The notes beneath the pieces were generated by a model that saw only the letters and a program-made list of their open reading frames with translations, did no database searches and was not told the DNA's origin. DNA of 7,698 bases from Geosiphon pyriformis uo1 (taxonomy: Eukaryota > Fungi > Glomeromycota): contig JAAOMT010000406.1 of the NCBI GenBank assembly GCA_016748015.1, forward strand, positions 5,077-12,774, read 5' to 3'. Made by a program: the position numbers and the translations under genes. Positions 1-7,330 of this stretch are shown in pieces. The first letter of the stretch is position 1. The number at the start of each line of letters is the position of its first letter.

Positions 1-500
1 GCGCGGCACTCATATATTCGATTAAACCCTCCAACCCAGGGTTCAAACCCTGTGTGGGGCAAATCAAATATAGATTATCTGTCCGGGAAGACATAAAACT
101 ATCCGTCGATGGAAGATGACGCTAATTAACCCATCTGATAAGATGTAAATCTACCCATCTGATATGATGTAAATCTTCCATCCGAAATGATGTAAAACTA
201 TGTTTTTTTTTCATCCAGTATGACGTAACACTTCCGGAACGATGTGAAGACTATCCGGCGACATTAAATAAACCCATCCGAAATGATGTAAATCTATCTG
301 TTAAAGAAAAATGACATTAATCACCATTCGCAATGACAATAAATAATTCCGAACCCCAAAAGTATTTTTTTATTGCCTAGTGAAAATAATATGTTTCGCA
401 AATAAACTAGCTAAAGAATAAAAAAAGATAAAAAGAGTAATTAACTCAAATCCACGCCTTTGACAAAATTATTTAGCCAAATTTGCAAAATATAGCTTTT
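1..500. repeat. Unclassified interspersed repeat, copy 1 (left-truncated by window)
   Basis: Direct repeat of 838-1333; similarity ends sharply at ...AAAATATAGCTTTT. Confidence 0.95.
77..320. repeat. Degenerate ~20-30-bp subrepeat array (core CCATCCGAAATGATGTAAATCTA), ~9-10 units; second copy at ~914-1157
   Basis: Units such as CCATCTGATAAGATGTAAATCTAC, CCATCTGATATGATGTAAATCTT, CCATCCGAAATGATGTAAAACTA, CATCCAGTATGACGTAACACTT, CCATCCGAAATGATGTAAATCTA. Confidence 0.85.
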
Positions 501-668
501 TTACTCTTTTTAATTTCAATATTTTATTAACTTCAAATTTATTGTTATTTTTGAATTAAATAAGTGGAGGTAACTTTTTTGTTTGCTTAAGTAAGTTTGA
601 ATTATAATATAGTTTCAATTAAATAACATGAAAAATTTTATAGATTCTAAAATATATCAGCAATCTTA
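206..668 (-). repeat. Apparently exact 463-bp inverted duplicate of 7236-7698 (repeat end plus Gypsy integrase/chromodomain tail at 501-668)
   Basis: Position x pairs with 7904-x at both ends and in the blocks compared; no mismatch seen; ends at the N gap. Confidence 0.95.
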
Positions 669-688
669 NNNNNNNNNNNNNNNNNNNN
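669..688. other. Scaffold gap (20 N)
   Basis: Run of 20 n characters. Confidence 1.
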
Positions 689-822
689 ATTTATTTTTTG
701 ACATTCCTTCTTTCTGTTTTAAGTTTTAATTAGAAGCACGATCTTATTGGTCCTAACCAGTAATACTCAAAGTTTCAGGTTATAGGGAAGGTTTTTGACA
801 TAAATATTAGTTAAGGCAAATT

Positions 823-898
823 GTCTTAGGAAGGAAGGCGCGGCACTCATATATTCGATTAAACCCTCCAACCCAAGGTTCAAACCCTGTGTGGGGCA
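823..898 (+). other. tRNA-like relic / Pol III B-box-like motif within the unclassified repeat (also at 1-61)
   Basis: T-arm-like hairpin CAGGG-TTCAAA-CCCTG with GGTTCAAACC (37-52; one change in copy 2) followed by TGTGGGGCA; weak wobble pairing with GTCTTA 75 nt upstream. No credible D or anticodon arms. Confidence 0.3.
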
Positions 899-1333
899 AA
901 TCAAATATAGATTATCTGTCCGGGAAGACATAAAACTATCCGTCGATGGAAGATGACGCTAATTAACCCATCTGATATGATGTAAATCTACCCATCTGAT
1001 ATGATGTAAATCTTCCATCCGAAATGATGTAAAACTATGTTTTTTTTTCATCCAGTATGACGTAACACTTCCGGAACGATGTGAAGACTATCCGGCGACA
1101 TTAAATAAACCCATCCGAAATGATGTAAATCTATCTGTCAGAGGAGAGTGACATTAATCACCATTTGCAATGATGATAATAATTCTGACCCCTAAACGTT
1201 ATTTTTTTATGGCCTAGTGAAAATAATATGTTTCGCAAATAAACTAGCTAATAAAAACTGATAAATAGGGTATTTAACCCAAATCCACGGCTTTGACAAA
1301 ATTATTTAGCCAAATTTGAAAAATATAGCTTTT
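838..1333. repeat. Unclassified interspersed repeat, copy 2 (may extend left toward 689)
   Basis: 2 substitutions versus 1-300 over 838-1137; roughly 85-90% identity with indels over 1138-1333 versus 301-500 (manual alignment). Confidence 0.95.
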
Positions 1334-2118
1334 ATCGAACTATGCATCTAATATTTTCCTTGGCAATCTGTTTTCAGTTTTTCGTTATCATTATTTATGC
1401 TACTCCAAAATAAAATATGAGTTATCCAAATAGCTACCAATAATCTCATCACAATCCCATCCTGGTGAGTAGAACTGCAAATACGGAAGCAGCAAATTCC
1501 GAAAAAATACCTCCAAGAGTAGTTTCATAGGATGTTAATATAAGAGAAAATTCTATCGTCTTTTCATAATGGATATTTTCAGTATTAAAAAACTGAATTG
1601 CTTTCTCTCATTATTTTATATCTTATTAGCAAATAATTAAATTCTTTTAATGAAAAACTAAGTAATAACTGAGATAACATTTCTTTTATAAGTGACTATT
1701 TTTTAGAATGAAAACTAGTAATCGTTTGACAATAAATTTTTTGATTGAAAATGCTTTTCTTTTTAAGAAATAATAGAAATAGTTTATTTTAATTAACAAT
1801 TATACATTTATCGATTTAATTAATAGTTATAAAATAATTTTTAATAAAACATTTAATATAAATATAATAATTTAAAATTATTTAAAAAAAATTGGCTTTG
1901 TTAAATTACAATTATTTTTAACACTAATTTTTAAAAATAATAAATACACAATAATTAATACTATTTCATATATATGATTAAAAATTAACAGTTGGATTTA
2001 TGATTTATTAATAATTAACATAAGAAGAAAATTTATATAAATACCAAGAGGTTAATTGTTACGAGGAAATATTTGATCAGAGAAATTTCAAACTGTTTCA
2101 GAACATTTGTGAATCGGC

Positions 2119-2612
2119 TTTGGGAATACAGACAAGGCCTGAGTTTTGGCCAACCAGTTATGCCACTTTTAACAAGAGAATCAATCTGCTGGGATATATG
2201 CTGGAAAATTTTAGCAGCTTGTATGTAATGTTAATTGAGAAAAGAAAGCATTAATTAATTAATTAATTAATTCTGTTTTAAGTTGTGTAATAATGTTCAA
2301 GACCTGTTGCTAATCTTGTTGAATGCCAATACATTAAGTAAAGCTATTGGAAATATAATTTTTTGTAATAATTGACTCCTTGAACATCATAAGGAGTGAA
2401 GTTTTCGAAATTATGCTTGTAATTCTGTATCTGTTTAATCCTCTGTAGATAGTTGGCTGTCAGTTTTATTTTGAGATAAATCAATACAAATTGATATAGC
2501 TTGTTACAAACCACTTACAGAAGCGAAAAAAATTCGTTGGAGGAGTAATAATAATTTCTGTTTATATTGTAAAAGATCTGGCCATATTGCTCATTAATGT
2601 TCTATAAAACCA
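2119..2612 (+). pseudogene. gag: Gypsy gag remnant with CX2CX4HX4C zinc knuckle
   Basis: FGNTDKA*VLANQL (2119-), SAGIYAGKF*QLVCNVN*, VQDLLL..TLSKAI..CNN*LLE, then one frame from 2481: SIQIDIACYKPLTEAKKIRWRSNNNFCLYCKRSGHIAH*C (knuckle 2559-2600). Confidence 0.9.
2251..2272. repeat. (TTAA)5.5 microsatellite inside gag remnant
   Basis: TTAATTAATTAATTAATTAATT. Confidence 0.9.
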
Positions 2613-2879
2613 GTTAATAAAATTTTAACAGCTTTGCTAAAAAATGATTAGGTTTAAAAGCAGTAAGGAATATAAATTTGTATATTCTAACTTCTGTAAC
2701 TAGCATTTAAAGTTCTGTTAGTACAGTAAATTAAATTTATTATTACTTCAGAGCAAGTTTCTGTTTTATTTTTAAAGTCCAACATCTATTAACTGTTCGA
2801 TGTTAAATTTCTAGTTATGTTTTTAGTTTAGTTATACTGTTATATTTAGACTATCAAGTTTAGTCTTAGTATAATTACA

Positions 2880-3125
2880 GAAACATTAATTAATTATAAT
2901 GTTATTTCTTGTTTTATTGATTAGAATCTTGCAGTTTAACATAATATTTTGTTCAATAAAAAACAACATTCTATATTATTAGAAGTTATTAATAAATGTT
3001 TTATTATTTTAATAAATATTAATTAAAATATTCAGTAGTTAATTTTTGTTATTACTGAACATCAAAAAATAATTTTCAATGTTATTAAGAGTCTACATTA
3101 TACTATTATTTTGAAAATATCTTCA
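2880..3125 (+). pseudogene. Gypsy aspartic protease remnant
   Basis: ETLINYNVISCFID*NLAV*HNI (decayed ALIDSGAxxCFID; catalytic GAT->AAT at 2892), EVINKCLL (EVIDGRPL-like), IIFNVIKSLHYTIILK (FxVIxSPxxPIILG-like). Confidence 0.75.
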
Positions 3126-3310
3126 TAATTTATTGATTAGGTAAAAAACACATATTATTAAATTTTTTAATATATTTAAAATATCAATAGCTGTTAATCA
3201 AAAAATTCTAAAAAAACTTTATTAGTTAAAACTATATTCAATATATATTAGTAAAAAAGCATAATTCAAAACTTGCTAATTATTTTAAGTTTTTAATAAA
3301 TTTTTCAATA

Positions 3311-3492
3311 CTTTTTTTTAAGAAGAAAAATGGCATTTTTAGATTTTTTATGAATTACCAAGTTTTAATTAAATTATATTTAAAAATCCATATTTATTAC
3401 TCTTAATTTTGAATTTATTGGATCAGTTATATTTTGTTTGTGTATTTACAAAGATTGATCTTTGAAATATTTACAACTTGATATAAATACAT
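3311..3492 (+). pseudogene. Gypsy reverse transcriptase remnant, N-terminal motifs only
   Basis: FFKKKNGIFRFFMNYQVL (FVKKKDGxLRxCVDYRxL-like), then KNPYLLLLILNLLDQL...VFTKIDL*NIYNLI*I (KNRYPLPLIxxLLDQL...FTKIDLRxAYNLxRI-like). MPFGL/YxDD core not found. Confidence 0.9.
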
Positions 3493-3566
3493 AAAATAGT
3501 TATATTGCATTTAAAAAGTCATTTTTATTCATTTTTTTTAAGTATTTAGTTATGCTTTTTAAATCA

Positions 3567-3813
3567 ACAAATGCTTCTGCTGTGTTTTAATATTTAATAA
3601 ATAATATTTTTAAAAATTTTTTATATTAAATATTTATTTATTACAACTAAGATCAAATGGCTAGTTATATCTTATTGTTTTTTATTTGCATAAATTTTCT
3701 ATTCAGGAAACCAATATAAAATTTATGATAAAAAGCTTTTGGCAATTATTGCCGCTTTTAAGCAATAATAATATTACTTTATTAGTACTAGTATTTAGTA
3801 ATTGTTCTTTATA
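3567..3813 (+). pseudogene. Gypsy RNase H remnant, 5' part
   Basis: TNAS (TDAS) at 3567; LLQ..NG*LYLIVFYLHKFSIQETN (LSQ..GxLHPIAFYSRKFxxxExNY-like); IYDKKLLAIIAAFKQ**YYF at 3721-3780. Confidence 0.92.
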
Positions 3814-3838
3814 CAGTCAAACCTGAGATAACTCATAC
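3814..3838 (+). repeat. Left TIR of pogo-like element (25 bp), preceded by TA TSD
   Basis: 22/25 match to reverse complement of 6208-6232; the three mismatches are transitions; 5'-CAGT terminus typical of pogo/Tigger/Tc1. Confidence 0.95.
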
Positions 3839-3980
3839 TGAGATAATCCATAACCTGTGATAAGCCATAGCATTTTGAATCTACCAATTTGGTAGTTAAA
3901 GAATTCCTATGTTTATAACCCATACCTGTGATACCCAATAACCCATAACTTTTTACTGTCAATATGGGTTATCTTAGGTG
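3838..3980. repeat. Left subterminal repeats (putative transposase-binding motif CTG(A/T)GATAACCCATA) including an inverted copy
   Basis: Direct variants at ~3838-3853, 3855-3869, 3915-3947; inverted copy TATGGGTTATCTTAGGT at 3963-3979; palindrome CTACCAA-T-TTGGTAG at 3881-3895. Confidence 0.85.
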
Positions 3981-4092
3981 CTAGGTTTAGTTTAAATTCT
4001 GCTAATTCTGGTAAAATTGCATTAAAGCAAACCAATATTTCCATGACTAAAAATGCTATATGATAATGTAACATCACCTATTCAACAGAATG

Positions 4093-4360
4093 ATCATTAA
4101 TCGTGTAAGTAATCAATTTGGAGTTTCGAATTGTCCCCACTTTTAAATTATCATCAATTGTGTGAGTAATCAAGTCAGAGTTTTGAATTGTCTCAAGTTT
4201 TAAATTATTACTGACTTTGTGAGTAACCAAGTCGGAGTTTTAAATTGTCCCAAGTTCTAAATTATCATCGATTATATAAGTCATCAAGTCGGAGTTTCGA
4301 ATTGTTCTAAGTTTTAAATTATTATCAATTGTATGAGTAATCAAGTCGGATTTTTGAATT
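4093..4360. repeat. 57-bp tandem repeat, ~4.7 copies, in the 5' region of the pogo-like element
   Basis: Units begin at 4093, 4150, 4207, 4264, 4321 with no indels; consensus ~ATCATCRATTGTGTGAGTAATCAAGTCGGAGTTTCGAATTGTCCCAAGTTTTAAATT. Confidence 0.97.
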
Positions 4361-4415
4361 AGCTCCATCTGATCAGAGTCCTAATCATACTTTTCCTTTG
4401 CCTTTTGACTCCATC

Positions 4416-6060
4416 ATGTCTAATAGCAAAAAGCATGCTATTTCTTCAGCTCGTATTCCGCAAAGTCGTGAGAATGCTACACTTCATGATAAGCTTATGG
4501 TGCTTGATTGGTATTATGCAAATGATAAAAACCAATCAAAAACTATAAGGCACTTTAAGAAAAATGGTTTTTCATACATGAAACAATCTCTAGTTTCAGC
4601 TTGGGTTAAAGATGAACCAAATCTTTATGCATGAGCAAATACAATGCATGACTTGACTAGCAAGCGTATATGCATAGTATGTAACCCTGATTTTGATAAA
4701 GCACTTGTTATTTTTGTTCAAGAGGCAGAATCACATGGAATAACACTTACTGAAGATGTAATTTGAGCTGCTGGCATAAAGTTCTATGATCAATTGGATA
4801 TTCTAGAAAATGAGCGCCAAAAACTATCTAATGACTGGCTTGAGAGCTTTAAAGACCATATTGGATTGCGTTCACTTCACTTTCATGGTAATGCATCATT
4901 AGCCAATGTTAAGCATATTGAAGATGAGTCAGTGCGTGTAATGACACCTTTTGCTGATTGGAGATTATGCAATATTTTCAACATAGATGAAACTGCACTA
5001 TTTTATGCCATATCACCAAATCGAAGTCTTGTTACAATACCATGTTATGGCACCAAACAATTAAAAGTGTGACTGACACTTGTTTTTATAACCAATGCTG
5101 ATGGAACTGAGTGTTTCCCACAACTTATTATTAGTCATGTTAAATATTCATGCTGTTTCCAAAAGAAAACAGCAGAGCAAATTGGTTTCCAGTATTATTC
5201 AAACACTCATGCTTAGATGACTGGTGATATTTTTCAATAGTGGCTTGTTGATTGGGACTATCAACTAAGTAAAAAAAACCGAAACATATTGTTGTTAGTA
5301 GACAATTTTGCTGGTCACAACTATGATATGAGATCTATTACAAATATTCATGTAGAACGGTTTGCACCTAACTTGACAGCACATATTCAGCCTATAGATG
5401 CTGAAATTATTCATTGTTTTAAGACAAATTACTGTCTCTATTTTCTTCGCCATGCATTAGATCTTTTTGATGATGATACTGATGATATTTATGCAATCAA
5501 TTAACATCAAGCAATTAGTTTTAATTTATAGGACATGGGAGAATATTTCAAATGAAACAATTGCTTATTGTTGGCACAAAGTTGGCATTCTTCCAATCAA
5601 TACAAATGACAACTTTTAGGATGAAACTGCAAACTTGGAAATAATAGCCAATTATAATTAAGAGATAGTATTAGAAAAAATTAAGGATTGCTACAAAGAG
5701 TTCAATTGTATACAGCCAAATTGTACATACTTATCAATTGAAAAGTTGGTAAATCTATCTGAGGAAAATAATATAATAACTTTGGAACTTCTGAATAATA
5801 ATAAGGTTGCAAATTATATTATAACAAATCGTGAAACAAAGCTTGATAGCTCTGATGAAAAACAAGAGGTACAGAAAGTAATGAGTATTAAGGATGTACT
5901 AACTGCTATTACAAATCTTGAACAGTTTATGGAGCTTGAAAATAGCAAGGAATTTTATAATGCAGTTAGTAAGCTTGCTCATTTTAAACGTATACTTCAT
6001 AAGAAAATACAAAATAAACAAAAACAAATAACTGTTACAAGTTTCTTTAATATTGCATGA
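4416..6060 (+). pseudogene. pogo/Tigger-family transposase pseudogene (~547 codons; HTH + CENP-B-type HTH + DDE_1, DD31D)
   Basis: ORFs 4398, 4794 and 5289 share one frame; ORF 5746 follows after a +1 frameshift near 5510-5535. Motifs: LSNDWLESFK (CENP-B HTH), FNIDET (D at 4986), KV*LT..NADGTE, NTHA*MT, LLVDNFAGH (D at 5301), PNLTAHIQPID (D at 5397; 31 aa spacing), WENISNETIAYCWHKVGILP, C-terminal KQITVTSFF. In-frame stops at 4632, 4764, 5070, 5214, 5238, 5502, 5617, 5659. Start assumed at ATG 4416. Confidence 0.95.
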
Positions 6061-6151
6061 GGTATTTAAAAATTCTTATAAGAATATGCAAATAAATTTA
6101 TTTTTTAATAATATTATATCAATTTTTATTATATATATACTATATATACTT

Positions 6152-6205
6152 AAACCTGAAAAAACCCATAATCTGTAATAACTCGTAGGAATTTGTATCC
6201 ACCAA
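6152..6205 (+). repeat. Right subterminal repeats of pogo-like element
   Basis: 6156-6205 aligns without gaps to 3838-3887 in direct orientation (38/50 by manual alignment) and contains two TIR-core motif variants. Confidence 0.85.
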
Positions 6206-6207
6206 GG

Positions 6208-6232
6208 GTACGGGTTATCTCAGGTCTGACTG
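6208..6232 (-). repeat. Right TIR of pogo-like element (25 bp), followed by TA TSD
   Basis: GTACGGGTTATCTCAGGTCTGACTG|TA, inverted partner of 3814-3838. Confidence 0.95.
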
Positions 6233-6234
6233 TA

Positions 6235-6350
6235 ATTACAAAAATCTTAAATATTTAATAATAATACAAACACTAGATTAAAAACAAGTCTAGTGGTCAA
6301 TTTTTTTGGCAGATTTTAATTTCAAAATTTCTTATTATTCCAGAACAATA
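6235..6350 (+). pseudogene. Gypsy RNase H remnant, 3' part
   Basis: (N)YKNLKYLIIIQTLD*KQV*WSIFLADFNFKISYYSR, a decayed DHKNLEYxxTxxxLNxRQARWSxFLADFNFKISYRPG. Confidence 0.92.
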
Positions 6351-6574
6351 TAAATACTTTTTTACATTATTTGAAAAAAAAGTAATGAAATTTATGGTTA
6401 ACAAAAAACTATGTTATTTAAAGCTAAAAAATAGAAAATTGCTGCTTTTTTTCTTTTTATATTGATTTAAAACTTTTATAAGCAATTAAATAAGCTACAA
6501 GTATTAATAGTTTTGCCAAGAAAATTAATAATAATATTTTGAATTCTATTTTATCTAATATCAAAGATATGAAG

Positions 6575-7300
6575 TTAATTATTAAAAAATTTTAGTAGCC
6601 ACAGTAAAAAAAGTTTTTTAAAATATACATAAAATTATGTAATATTTGCTTTTGGTTTAAACTTTTTAATATTGTGCTTTTTGGTTTTTTACAATTTTTG
6701 CTTGTTTTAAAATAGTTTTAAAGATTGATTTTTAATTTGTGTTTTGATTTTAAAAGTGTTTTTTGAGCTTTTTGGTATAAAAATTTCGTAATTTTTAATA
6801 TTTTACTCTTAAACCAATAATTAATTAAAAATATTAATTTATTTTAGTATAGTACTTATAATGTTTTATAATTTATCAACAAAATAATTGGCTCAATCTT
6901 GTATTATTAACTGAATTTGCATACAATAGCATCTTCTAAATTTCAATTAAAATGATAAATAAAATTCTTGATTCAATACTTTTATGGTCAGAAAATCAGT
7001 AAATTTTATTGTTAAAAAATATATTGCTAAGATTTAAGAGATTTAAAAAAAGTTAATCTGTAAACCGAAAAATAATATCAATAAATAAAAAGAAAAAATA
7101 AATAAATGGCAATAAGTAATAAAGTTTGGCTTTTATAATACAACGTTAAAACAATTTAACTTTGTAATAAGTTAAATTACTAGAAATTTATTTCATTTAA
7201 AATAACTTGTTAGATTAAATTTGTGATTTACAAGTTAAGATTGCTGATATATTTTAGAATCTATAAAATTTTTCATGTTATTTAATTGAAACTATATTAT
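6575..7300 (+). pseudogene. Gypsy integrase remnant (Zn-binding, partial core, GPF/Y module)
   Basis: LIIKKF**PQ...YIKLCNIC (FWWP...YxxSCxxC); FGFLQFLLV (GLLQPLP); FFELFGIKI...FYS*TNN* (HPQTDGQ); ILV*YL*CFIIYQQNNWLNLVLLTEFAYNS at 6841-6930; from 7109 SNKVWLL*YNVKTI*LCNKLNY*KFISFKI...IFHVI*LKLY. Confidence 0.92.
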
Positions 7301-7330
7301 AATTCAAACTTACTTAAGCAAACAAAAAAG

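Larger units (their letters stand above)
2100..3813 (+). mobile_element. Degenerate Ty3/Gypsy (chromovirus-type) LTR retrotransposon, 5' part of internal region (gag-PR-RT-RH); true start probably further upstream
   Basis: Manual translation shows gag, protease, RT and RNase H motifs in canonical Gypsy order, with many stops and transition changes (see domain features). Confidence 0.92.
3814..6232 (+). mobile_element. Complete pogo/Tigger-like DNA transposon (IS630-Tc1-mariner superfamily, DDxD), 2419 bp, inactive
   Basis: TA at 3812-3813 and 6233-6234 flanks terminal inverted repeats CAGTCAAACCTGAGATAACTCATAC / revcomp CAGTCAGACCTGAGATAACCCGTAC; encloses a CENP-B-HTH + DDE_1-type transposase pseudogene; removing the element plus one TA restores the frame of the flanking Gypsy RNase H. 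Confidence 0.96.

Noticed and set aside
77-320. CRISPR-like or telomeric array
   Set aside because: Units are degenerate, abutting and of variable length, with no spacers and no short telomere motif.
823-898. Functional tRNA gene
   Set aside because: Only the T-arm/B-box is convincing; no proper D stem, anticodon stem or A-box.
2375-2397. Hairpin ACTCCTT-N9-AAGGAGT as terminator or regulatory site
   Set aside because: 7-bp stem inside the decayed gag coding sequence; compatible with chance.
4093-4360. CRISPR array
   Set aside because: The whole 57-bp unit is repeated with no unique spacers; no cas genes; eukaryotic TE context.
4053-4415. N-terminal extension of the transposase through the 57-bp array from in-frame ATG 4053
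   Set aside because: TAA recurs at the same unit position in 4 of 5 copies, plus other stops, arguing against coding in this frame.
4398-6060. Four separate small genes or an operon from the ORF track
   Set aside because: They are collinear fragments of one transposase broken by stops and one frameshift; the TTG starts are ORF-caller artefacts.
4416-6060. Domesticated CENP-B/TIGD-like host gene
   Set aside because: Intact TIRs and TSD, insertion within a retrotransposon, and at least 8 stops plus a frameshift.
6091-6096. AATAAA poly(A) signal after the transposase stop
   Set aside because: Plausible position but uninformative in such AT-rich DNA.
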